64,000 nucleotides of DNA from assembly GCA_964016885.1 (NCBI GenBank), contig OZ024740.1, forward strand, positions 114,390,001 through 114,454,000, written 5' to 3'. Positions within the stretch are counted from its first letter, which is position 1. The number at the start of each line of letters is the position of its first letter. Positions 39,830 through 50,645 of this stretch are shown piece after piece. This DNA comes from Eledone cirrhosa (lineage: Eukaryota). The notes under the pieces were generated by a model. That model did not search any database. It saw nothing but the letters and a program-made list of their open reading frames with translations, and had not been told where the DNA came from. The position numbers and the translations under genes are program-made.

Positions 39830-40078
39830 TGTAGAAGATCAGAAGTCGACCAAGCATACCAGTTGCACCTCACCACGCTACCGGTGTCATCCAAGGAAAA
39901 TACAATGGCCGATACAGCTTGACACCTGCGACTTGGCAACTCATTTCAACAGCTGAGTAAACTGGAGGTACAGAATATAAAATCTTCCTCATGAACAGAA
40001 TGCATTAAAGGATCCCGTATTCGAACTAGCAACGTCACAATTGCAAGCCCAACGTTCTAACTACTAAGTCATGCACCT
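39830..40078 (-). mobile_element. SINE S2 degenerate copy
   Basis: GCAACTCATTTC...GCTGAGTAAACTGGAG...TTCGAACT...CTACTAAGTCATGCACCT, similar to the 2243 and 47500 copies. Confidence 0.55.
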
Positions 40079-40118
40079 TCAATAAATAATTAAATATATA
40101 TGTAAAAAAAAAAAATAT

Positions 40119-40240
<122 letters not shown>

Positions 40241-40547
40241 GGAGAGAGAGAGAGATAGATGTATATGCAAAAGTTCAATTTAAATTGTTGGGATACAAAT
40301 ATTATTATAACTGATATAAAGCACTCGACAAATATTTGGGTTAACACACACACACACACACAGACATATATACACACACACATACACACGCGTACATTAA
40401 CATACAAAGAGACTTATACACACACACACGCCCGCACTTCTCCGTATAAGACAAAAGCTGAAAAATATCTTTTGACATGCTAAAATACCCCCCATTGCTT
40501 TCAGACACATTCTTACTGACCATCCCTGCTACCACGAATTACTCTGC

Positions 40548-40624
<77 letters not shown>

Positions 40625-40743
40625 ATCTTAATAGCCATTTGACACACATCCCTGCTAACCATTATCACAACATCGAACACCTTACTACTACTACACACAC
40701 ACACACACACACACATATTTGTTGTGAAAGAGTCATTTCTAAA

Positions 40744-40989
40744 TCTTGGCGCAAAACCAATTTTTTATTCACATGACCTCTACCGACCAATCAAAATTGT
40801 TTTGACCACAAGAATTTTTGCAAACACCAAATAGCGCTGGAGCCACTTTTTTAACATAAAAAGAGTCTTGGCGCAAAATCAATTTTTTACATTCACATGA
40901 CCTCTACCGACCAATCAAAATTGTTTTGACCACAAGAATTTTTGCAACACCAAAGTAACGCTGGAGCCACTTTTTTAACATAAAAAGAG
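40744..40989. repeat. Tandem duplication, 2 x ~123 bp
   Basis: TCTTGGCGCAAAA...TTTTTTAACATAAAAAGAG at 40744 and 40866. Confidence 0.9.
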
Positions 40990-41244
40990 GTAGAATTCCC
41001 AAAACTAATCAGATCAGAGCAAACAACACGGACACTCTATCTCAAAATTATTTTTGAAAAGCATTTAGAAATGCGCAACCGGTAAAAACTTAAAAACTTA
41101 AAACCACAACTGAATACTAACCCATACAATCACTAATACTCTTTTATTCCTAATTAAACCATTTTTCAACTGTGAACAATTTGTCAGCATTTTCTATTCC
41201 GTTTACCAATATATAATAACTTGTGTGTTACACCTCTATTCTTT

Positions 41245-41304
<60 letters not shown>

Positions 41305-41531
41305 CAGTAGATATTCATATTCATTAAATTTATCGATCACTAGGAGAAGCTATAGTGTGAATAATACATATATACATACATAGTTAAATACATACATATA
41401 TACATACACATATACTTACTTACATGGAAACACAAAAATATTGCATGTATATGTATATATTTATATATGTTCGTATGTTTGTATGAATGTATGCATATGC
41501 ATGTATGTATGTATGTGTATATATATATATA

Positions 41532-41600
<69 letters not shown>

Positions 41601-41605
<5 letters not shown>

Positions 41606-42427
41606 TAAAGTTAATATATCTGAGGGTACAATGTACCCCCAGAAATACATAGGTTGTCTATGATTCAAGGTGGTTCTATGGTAATAATTTGATATACCAG
41701 AACTTAATATCAAGATAAGCAGAACAAGTAAAATTCAACCAATTTTTCAAAATAAATCAAGATTAATTTACAATTAAAATTAATCAAAATTAAAAAATAT
41801 AATAGGTAAATATTTATATTATATTTTTTAATTTTGATTAATTTTAATTGTAAATTAATTTTGATTTATTTTGAAAAATTGGTTGAATTTTACTTGTTCT
41901 GCTTATCTTGATATTAAGTTCTGGTATATCAAATTATTACCATAGAACCACCTTGAATCATAGACAACCTATGTATTTCTGGGGGTACATTGTACCTTCA
42001 GATATATTAACTTTAGTCATTACCTCCGTTATGTAGAGAAAAAATTCTGTCGTTCTATCTAGCTGCTAATTTTTTTTGGTGGCGAACATAGACAACAAGT
42101 CTACGATTTCCCGCCTTCACTTTACACCAACGTATTTATGGGTCAATTTCACGACCTTTCAGACCTGTATTAGTAGGAGTGAGGTCATATATTTTATCGT
42201 TCCTGAGGTTTTTAACCCTAGGAAAGGAAAATGCTTCTCTGATGATCTTTCCTTTTCCATTAATATCTACGTGATATCTAATGTTTTGCAAAGTGAAACT
42301 GTACAGTAAGAGCCACTTGAATAGGTAAATATTTATATTATATTTTTTAATTTTGATTAATTTTAATTGTAAATTAATTTTGATTTATTTTGAAAAATTG
42401 GTTGAATTTTACTTGTTCTGCTTATCT

Positions 42428-42434
<7 letters not shown>
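41601..42434 (+). mobile_element. HHR-containing element R3: ~519-bp partial tandem preceded by a ~204-bp inverted copy, in (TA)n
   Basis: 41601-41804 is the reverse complement of 41817-42020. AATAGGTAAATATTT... recurs at 41801 and 42320. HHR at 42233-42314. Confidence 0.8.
42233..42314 (+). ncRNA. Type I hammerhead ribozyme with extended stem II (family R3)
   Basis: TTCT-CTGATGA(42239-45)-T CTTT...CATTA ATATC TACGT GATAT C TAATG...AAAG T-GAAAC TGTACA GTA^AGAG. Stem III is the palindrome ACTGTACAGT. Predicted cleavage after 42308. Confidence 0.78.
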
Positions 42435-42469
<35 letters not shown>

Positions 42470-42518
42470 TATATATATAATAATAAATTTGAAGACTAAA
42501 CTTTAATCTGTTATTTTA

Positions 42519-42597
<79 letters not shown>

Positions 42598-42605
42598 TAT
42601 GTACA

Positions 42606-42962
42606 CGTTAATATGCATAAGGTAAGTATATACGTTCAACAATCTGGCAGGAAGGTATACATTGCTGACGATAGCTAATAAGCTTGAAACTAGTACAGCG
42701 TTCCTTTGTCAGTGGTGAACAAACGAGCAACGGTGGTTGCTAGACACTACGGCTTAATACGGGATGTTTGTTTACAAACACACCGAGCATTATAATAAAT
42801 GTTCGGTAAATGCATACGTACATATATATATGTGTGCATGTATGTATATATATATACATACTACTGTACGTCTGTATTCATATATGTATGTACGTGTACA
42901 TACTTATATTTAAGTAACAGCCGTACTAAGAGTGGGAAATGAAATTTCGTTTCATCTTTTCC

Positions 42963-42967
<5 letters not shown>
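42606..42967 (+). mobile_element. Retrozyme-like family R2, second copy (circularly permuted)
   Basis: Matches 4889-5210 and then continues into the equivalent of 4770-4831. Flanked by (TA)n. Confidence 0.82.
42634..42720 (+). ncRNA. Type I hammerhead ribozyme (family R2)
   Basis: CATTG-CTGACGA(42665-71)-T AGCT AATA AGCT T-GAAAC TA GTA^CAGCG. Core identical to the 4925 copy, one stem I mismatch. Predicted cleavage after 42695. Confidence 0.85.
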
Positions 42968-43011
<44 letters not shown>

Positions 43012-43402
43012 TATGTATGTATATATGTAGATATGCATGTATATAAATATATATGTATATGTCTATATATGAATGTATTTATGAATGTTTTTATATATAT
43101 ATGTTTCTATGTATGTATTTATGTATGTGTGTATGTATGTATGCATGTAAGTATGTATGTTTGTATAGATATTATTCACATTATAGCTACTCCTATCTAA
43201 TATTCATGAATATCAATACATTTGTACGTCTGTGTCTGTGCCTGTGCACCTATACATGTATGTATTGTATTTACACCTATGCACACATACTTCCATGTGT
43301 ATATATGCCGTGAGAGAGAGAGGGGGAGAGAGAGAGAGGCAGACAGAGAGAAAGATGTAGATATATAAGATTCACATACACACATACGTATTACCGTAGG
43401 TT

Positions 43403-43461
43403 TACTACTACTACTACTACTACTACTGCTGCTACTACTACTACTACTACTACTACTATTA

Positions 43462-43505
<44 letters not shown>

Positions 43506-43581
43506 ACTGCTCCTACTAATATTACTACTACTGCTGCTGTTGCTGTTGCTGTTGCTGGTACTATTACTACTCCTGCTGCTG

Positions 43582-43641
<60 letters not shown>
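43403..43641. repeat. Compound (CTA)n/(CTG)n microsatellite
   Basis: Direct reading. Confidence 0.95.
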
Positions 43642-43642
<1 letters not shown>

Positions 43643-43849
43643 CTGGGGCTAAACAAGAAAACGCTCATATACTCTTTCCGTAATAAAATATTTATCCTGC
43701 TAATGATCGAATATAGTTCGATAATATATGTGATTGATCGGGAAGCTAGAATTAACGGCTAAATCTCTCCCTAATCGCAGTCTACCATCATTAAATTACA
43801 ATTGGAACTAAATTTCATATTCGATGATCAATCCTAATATTAACAACTT

Positions 43850-44300
43850 TGGCTCCATGGAGCTAAACATTCATATCAATGGAATTACGTAAAAACACTC
43901 ATTAACACATTATTGTTAAACAAGCCTGCCTAAAAACATTTAAATCAGACTTCAAGAAGGATGAAATGATTCGAAACTATAATAGCTCATCTATTTTACC
44001 TATACTTTTAGCTTTGGCTGACACATTTTAAATCAGAGAAATAGAGTATCAGTGGTGCAATTTGCTAGCACTTGATGAAAAAGAAAATCCCTATTGATGC
44101 GGTAGAATACATGTGTACAACACTTAAAATGTAACGGTGAGGCAGCATTATCAACTTTTCAGAATATGCATCAACTGTTCATAACATATCTACTAGCTTT
44201 GTCTCTATTGAAAGAGTTTTTTCATAATAAACCCCAGTAACACAAACCTGATAAGTTGGATCACCTTTCGTCGATTATATGAATAAAGTTTATATTGGAT
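43850..44300 (+). mobile_element. Possible hAT transposase C-terminal relic
   Basis: FSEYASTVHNISTSFVSIERVFS (~44155-44225) resembles the hAT dimerisation motif IP.SS...ER.FS. Heavily decayed. Confidence 0.35.
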
Positions 44301-44477
44301 GAAAACATAATTCTAATCCTAGCGAAACCTCTCTGATATGCGACACGCGCATCCATACATATATATATATATATATGAATATAGACATAGAATATTCGAA
44401 AATATTCTGTATGTTTATAATAAACATTTTGAAGACCTAATCGCTATAGAATAGAATACGTCACGTATTACAATTAG

Positions 44478-44566
44478 ATTCTCGATAAAAGCAAGGGAAG
44501 TAATCTACGCGTTTCATTCTTGTTAGAAATCTTCAGGACTACATATCCAGTGCTTTTATCGAGAAT
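44478..44566 (-). ncRNA. Type I hammerhead ribozyme R1, copy 1
   Basis: Minus: ATTCTCGATAAAAGCA ctGGAtat GTAGTC-CTGAAGA-T TTCT AACA AGAA T-GAAAC GC GTA^GATTAC tTCCct TGCTTTTATCGAGAAT. Cleavage between 44506 and 44505. Confidence 0.92.
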
Positions 44567-44787
44567 GACACAGCTAGAGACTTATAGAATACTTAGCTGT
44601 GTACAGGAACTGGTTTGAAAGAGCGGTTGCCGGTCCGGCAGAAATTAGAAATTGGAATAAATGCTCTGAAATAGCGATATATATGTGAATATAGACATAG
44701 AATATTCGAAAATATTCTGTATGTTTATAATAAACATTTTGAAGACCTAATCGCTATAGAATAGAATACGTCACGTATTACAATTAG

Positions 44788-44876
44788 ATTCTCGATAAAA
44801 GCAAGGGAAGTAATCTACGCGTTTCATTCTTGTTAGAAATCTTCAGGACTACATATCCAGTGCTTTTATCGAGAAT
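44788..44876 (-). ncRNA. Type I hammerhead ribozyme R1, copy 2
   Basis: Identical to copy 1 (+310). Confidence 0.92.
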
Positions 44877-45097
44877 GACACAGCTAGAGACTTATAGAAT
44901 ACTTAGCTGTGTACAGGAACTGGTTTGAAAGAGCGGTTGCCGGTCCGGCAGAAATTAGAAATTGGAATAAATGCTCTGAAATAGCGATATATATGTGAAT
45001 ATAGACATAGAATATTCGAAAATATTCTGTATGTTTATAATAAACATTTTGAAGACCTAATCGCTATAGAATAGAATACGTCACGTATTACAATTAG

Positions 45098-45186
45098 ATT
45101 CTCGATAAAAGCAAGGGAAGTAATCTACGCGTTTCATTCTTGTTAGAAATCTTCAGGACTACATATCCAGTGCTTTTATCGAGAAT
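45098..45186 (-). ncRNA. Type I hammerhead ribozyme R1, copy 3
   Basis: Identical to copy 1. Confidence 0.92.
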
Positions 45187-45407
45187 GACACAGCTAGAGA
45201 CTTATAGAATACTTAGCTGTGTACAGGAACTGGTTTGAAAGAGCGGTTGCCGGTCCGGCAGAAATTAGAAATTGGAATAAATGCTCTGAAATAGCGATAT
45301 ATATGTGAATATAGACATAGAATATTCGAAAATATTCTGTATGTTTATAATAAACATTTTGAAGACCTAATCGCTATAGAATAGAATACGTCACGTATTA
45401 CAATTAG

Positions 45408-45496
45408 ATTCTCGATAAAAGCAAGGGAAGTAATCTACGCGTTTCATTCTTGTTAGAAATCTTCAGGACTACATATCCAGTGCTTTTATCGAGAAT
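45408..45496 (-). ncRNA. Type I hammerhead ribozyme R1, copy 4
   Basis: Identical to copy 1. Confidence 0.92.
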
Positions 45497-45717
45497 GACA
45501 CAGCTAGAGACTTATAGAATACTTAGCTGTGTACAGGAACTGGTTTGAAAGAGCGGTAGCCGGTCCGGCAGAAATTAGAAATTGGAATAAATGCTCTGAA
45601 ATAGCGATATATATGTGAATATAGACATAGAATATTCGAAAATATTCTGTATGTTTATAATAAACATTTTGAAGACCTAATCGCTATAGAATAGAATACG
45701 TCACGTATTACAATTAG

Positions 45718-45806
45718 ATTCTCGATAAAAGCAAGGGAAGTAATCTACGCGTTTCATTCTTGTTAGAAATCTTCAGGACTACATATCCAGTGCTTTTATC
45801 GAGAAT
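45718..45806 (-). ncRNA. Type I hammerhead ribozyme R1, copy 5
   Basis: Identical to copy 1. Confidence 0.92.
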
Positions 45807-46027
45807 GACACAGCTAGAGACTTATAGAATACTTAGCTGTGTACAGGAACTGGTTTGAAAGAGCGGTTGCCGGTCCGGCAGAAATTAGAAATTGGAATAA
45901 ATGCTCTGAAATAGCGATATATATGTGAATATAGACATAGAATATTCGAAAATATTCTGTATGTTTATAATAAACATTTTGAAGACCTAATCGCTATAGA
46001 ATAGAATACGTCACGTATTACAATTAG

Positions 46028-46116
46028 ATTCTCGATAAAAGCAAGGGAAGTAATCTACGCGTTTCATTCTTGTTAGAAATCTTCAGGACTACATATCCAG
46101 TGCTTTTATCGAGAAT
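46028..46116 (-). ncRNA. Type I hammerhead ribozyme R1, copy 6
   Basis: Identical to copy 1. Confidence 0.92.
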
Positions 46117-46337
46117 GACACAGCTAGAGACTTATAGAATACTTAGCTGTGTACAGGAACTGGTTTGAAAGAGCGGTTGCCGGTCCGGCAGAAATTAGAA
46201 ATTGGAATAAATGCTCTGAAATAGCGATATATATGTGAATATAGACATAGAATATTCGAAAATATTCTGTATGTTTATAATAAACATTTTGAAGACCTAA
46301 TCGCTATAGAATAGAATACGTCACGTATTACAATTAG

Positions 46338-46426
46338 ATTCTCGATAAAAGCAAGGGAAGTAATCTACGCGTTTCATTCTTGTTAGAAATCTTCAGGACT
46401 ACATATCCAGTGCTTTTATCGAGAAT
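46338..46426 (-). ncRNA. Type I hammerhead ribozyme R1, copy 7
   Basis: Identical to copy 1. Confidence 0.92.
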
Positions 46427-46647
46427 GACACAGCTAGAGACTTATAGAATACTTAGCTGTGTACAGGAACTGGTTTGAAAGAGCGGTTGCCGGTCCGGCA
46501 GAAATTAGAAATTGGAATAAATGCTCTGAAATAGCGATATATATGTGAATATAGACATAGAATATTCGAAAATATTCTGTATGTTTATAATAAACATTTT
46601 GAAGACCTAATCGCTATAGAATAGAATACGTCACGTATTACAATTAG

Positions 46648-46736
46648 ATTCTCGATAAAAGCAAGGGAAGTAATCTACGCGTTTCATTCTTGTTAGAAAT
46701 CTTCAGGACTACATATCCAGTGCTTTTATCGAGAAT
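46648..46736 (-). ncRNA. Type I hammerhead ribozyme R1, copy 8
   Basis: Identical to copy 1. Confidence 0.92.
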
Positions 46737-46957
46737 GACACAGCTAGAGACTTATAGAATACTTAGCTGTGTACAGGAACTGGTTTGAAAGAGCGGTTGC
46801 CGGTCCGGCAGAAATTAGAAATTGGAATAAATGCTCTGAAATAGCGATATATATGTGAATATAGACATAGAATATTCGAAAATATTCTGTATGTTTATAA
46901 TAAACATTTTGAAGACCTAATCGCTATAGAATAGAATACGTCACGTATTACAATTAG

Positions 46958-47046
46958 ATTCTCGATAAAAGCAAGGGAAGTAATCTACGCGTTTCATTCT
47001 TGTTAGAAATCTTCAGGACTACATATCCAGTGCTTTTATCGAGAAT
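46958..47046 (-). ncRNA. Type I hammerhead ribozyme R1, copy 9
   Basis: Identical to copy 1. Confidence 0.92.
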
Positions 47047-47267
47047 GACACAGCTAGAGACTTATAGAATACTTAGCTGTGTACAGGAACTGGTTTGAAA
47101 GAGCGGTTGCCGGTCCGGCAGAAATTAGAAATTGGAATAAATGCTCTGAAATAGCGATATATATGTGAATATAGACATAGAATATTCGAAAATATTCTGT
47201 ATGTTTATAATAAACATTTTGAAGACCTAATCGCTATAGAATAGAATACGTCACGTATTACAATTAG

Positions 47268-47356
47268 ATTCTCGATAAAAGCAAGGGAAGTAATCTACGC
47301 GTTTCATTCTTGTTAGAAATCTTTAGGACTACATATCCAGTGCTTTTATCGAGAAT
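47268..47356 (-). ncRNA. Hammerhead R1 copy 10, core mutant G5A (predicted inactive)
   Basis: C>T at 47324 turns CUGAAGA into CUAAAGA. Confidence 0.85.
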
Positions 47357-47499
47357 GACACAGCTAGAGACTTATAGAATACTTAGCTGTGTACAGGAAC
47401 TGGTTTGAAAGAGCGGTTGCCGGTCCGGCAGAAATTAGAAATTGGAATAAATGCTCATATATATATATATATATATATATAAATATATATATATATAGG

Positions 47500-47775
47500 G
47501 TAAGGACAGTCTTCTGTTTTGAATGAACATAGGATATGCACCGAGAGGCACAAGTTAGGGCAAGGTTGTTTGTGGAAGATCAACAGTTGCCTATGCATAG
47601 CCCCCTCCCACCGCTCTAAGTCACCAATGTCGACAGAAAGGCAAGGGCAGTTATAGCTTGTAACCAGTCACGTTGCAACTCATTCCTATAGCAGAGTAAA
47701 CTGGAGCAACGTGAAATAAAGTATCTTGCTCAAGGAAACAACACGCCACGCGGTACGGAAATTGAACTTACAACA
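47500..47775 (-). mobile_element. SINE S2 degenerate copy
   Basis: GAGTAAACTGGAGCAACGTGAAATAAAGTATCTTGCTCAAGGAAACAACACGCC shared with the 2243 copy. Confidence 0.65.
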
Positions 47776-47998
47776 TCTATATATATTTTTAAAATTGAGC
47801 ACGACTGCTGAGCTCTAGCCGTTTCGACAACTTTTTCCAAACAAAGTGAGTGTTTAAAACAACAAAATACATGACAAAGAAAATATAGTTACTCTCTACA
47901 ATCCCATGTATCGAGAACTCTGCTGAATGATGTTCTTACTAGTTTAAAAGCTGCTAAAATCCTTTTATATATATATAAATGTATATATATGCATATAT

Positions 47999-48191
47999 CA
48001 CAAAGAAGGTGTGGTAAGTTAACAGGTGGACCATAACTCACCAGAGTACTCGATACTTAGTGTAGTAGAGTGGGTGATAGGAAAAGAGTCAGTACCCCGA
48101 CGTCTGAGCTCCGCCCGTTACGATAGCTAGATCGGATCTAGCTGTCGAAACGGCCGGAACCCAGCCGTCGGGGTCCTGACTTTTTTCCTAT
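47999..48191 (-). repeat. Hairpin element family H
   Basis: Tail plus hairpin TAGGAAAAGAGTCAGTACCCCGACG...GATC GGATC...CGTCGGGGTCCTGACTTTTTTCCTA. Confidence 0.85.
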
Positions 48192-48199
48192 ATAAAACT

Positions 48200-50128
48200 T
48201 GCTTACATGAAGACCCCAGAAACATAACGTTCATGCATCCTACTCTTATAACAGTCACGTTGAGTGATCGTGTGGTTCGATCTCATATCTGGTGTATGCT
48301 CCTTTGTGAACCCTTTTAAAAGCCTTTTCGTCATCTTTACATTGTGGATTGCTGCGTATTCCTGGAAACTCTCCCTAAGGTTTGTATAAATCTGTGGTGC
48401 TATTTGCACCATTATCAGTGTCTAAGGCACCTTGAAGGTCAGGTGGAAAACATCTTCCCCTTCATCTTAATCTCATTGCTTTTTATTTTTAAGTGTAGTT
48501 TCTCCGTTTTCAGGAGAGTGTTTTAGTGTGGGTGCTGGAATGCTGAAGGATGTTGCTTTTTTTGTTTCATTGTTTATTTTTTGTCTTTTATTTTTGTTTT
48601 TGTTTTCTTGTTTTGTTTTGTTTTTTACCTTTATTGGTCCTATCTCTTCTTCGCTGCGAGAATAGGAAGTTTCTGTATCTGAGTAATTTGAATCAGATGT
48701 ATGCTGTGGTGTGAGTGTGTGACTCCTGTGTCGTTTGCACGTTCCTTGCAGTTGCTTTTCGTGGTGGTAATGCTTCTTTTGCTGCCTTGGGTGGTGTTGT
48801 TGTGTTTTCTGGCATTGATGTTTCTGTTGTTGCAATTGCTATTGTCGTTTGTCTTGCTGCTGATACATCTACTACTACAGGTGTCGTTGCTGCTGCTGTT
48901 GCTATTCGAATATTGTGCAGTTGTTGAAATTACTGTTGGGCTCCCGATGCTGGCAGCAATGTGCTTCAATTGTTTCCGTCTTCAATTCAGGACAGAAAGC
49001 TCTCAAGTGCCCACTTTGGCCTCATAGATAGTAACAAGGATTTTGAGGATTCAACGACAATATGCAGCGCCATCGCTCATAAAAGGCAAGTTATGTTTTG
49101 GATTTTATATATTTTGTCCGGCTTTATATGGAGGAGCACCTCGTAGCTGATCCGATACCAGTATTCTCTGCGTGTTCGGTTTACTTTCACGAGGGTTTCA
49201 CTCTCTTCCACAACGACACTTATTAGGATTCACCAGATACTCACCTCTGGTTGAATCCGAAAAATCCGCGTCCTTACTGCTTACCTCCTAAATATGAAGG
49301 AAAAAGAACATAGCTCTCATTTCTAAAGAGAATCACCGAGTGTTTTAGGGCTCTAAGTTCATTCTTAAAGAGCACCAAAATTACCACATACTGTCTGGCT
49401 CATGACATATGGTCTATGTCACGCATTATGTTTTTCAGTGACCTTTCCACTTCAGTCTGTAAATCCGGTCGGCTCATCTTTGTGGAAATATATTTATATA
49501 TAAGGATCTTCTTTTCCATTGCTGCCAACACATCTGCGAGTATGGCTACTTGGCCCACATAATTTGGATTTTCATTATTTTGGCTGCTTGGGCCAAATAA
49601 GTATTTTATGCAGCTGTTGCTGCAAATATGTTGTTGTTGTTACTATTCGTCTTCATGCTGTTGCTGTTGTTGTCATTTGTGTTGTCGAACTTGTGTGTTT
49701 ACTGTTAATGTTAGTGTTTGAATCAATTAAATTTTTGTTGCTGCTGTTGTTGTGGGGGTGCTGGTGTAGTTGGTGATGGTATTGTTGGAGTTAGTGTTGT
49801 TATAGCTATTTGTTCTTTTGATTTTATTAATTCGTATTTTTGTGGTGGTTTTGACAGTGTTAAATTCGGAAATTCTGTCATATATTTTTCTCATGCTAAG
49901 TTGTTGTTTATGTTGATTTTGTTTTTGTTGTTATTGCTATTGTTTTTCACGTTGTTGTCATTTGTGTTATCGCTTTCATCTGTGCATTCTGTCGTTGTGG
50001 TGGCGATGGTGGCATCATGGGTGATAGACATTGTCAATGGTGGAAAATCTAATTCATTCGAAGTTGCTGCACATGATGTTAGGTTATGTTGATGTCGTTT
50101 TTGTTAATGTTACTATTGCTATTTTTGA

Positions 50129-50213
<85 letters not shown>

Positions 50214-50549
50214 GCTTCTGCTGCTGTTACTGTTGTTATTATTTTGTGAATTTTGTCTGATCGAGTCTATAGGCACCCCACTCTTTTGTGTAGCCGACAC
50301 AAAATGTTTGTCCGCTTTATTAGTTTTAACAGAAACATGAGAGGCCCGTTTTCTAAACAAACACAGGTGTAGCTCCTAGGAACTACAATATAAACATCAA
50401 CTTACCAACTCCCTAAGGAGCTGGTTAATGTTTCTCTGAAACGGTTAAAAATGTTCAGTATGGAATTTTGTTTAACAATGGAAATAATATCAAACTTACA
50501 GGAACAATGTGTAACACGTTTCGAGAGACAAAACAACAACAGCAGTGAG

Positions 50550-50550
<1 letters not shown>
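48200..50550 (-). pseudogene. Decayed Tx1-like element F: 5' UTR plus ORF1 only (closest to ORF1 of A)
   Basis: RQYVVILVLFKNELRALKHS, EVLLHIKPDKI, GHLRAFCP (~49000) and NVKMTKRLLKGFTKEHTP (48203-48412) match ORF1 of A. Many stops and frameshifts; ORF2 absent. Confidence 0.75.
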
Positions 50551-50606
<56 letters not shown>

Positions 50607-50609
50607 ATG

Positions 50610-50644
<35 letters not shown>

Positions 50645-50645
<1 letters not shown>

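Larger units (their letters stand above)
44377..47456 (-). mobile_element. Non-LTR retrozyme-like tandem array R1: 10 x 310 bp (last unit 290 bp), one hammerhead per unit
   Basis: Unit starts at 44377, 44687, 44997, 45307, 45617, 45927, 46237, 46547, 46857 and 47167. Only two substitutions seen (45558, 47324). No ORF. (TA)n on both flanks. Confidence 0.92.

Noticed and set aside
44377-47456. CRISPR array or ordinary centromeric satellite
   Set aside because: Units are wholly identical with no unique spacers, there are no cas genes, and the context is eukaryotic. The hammerhead in each unit explains it better.
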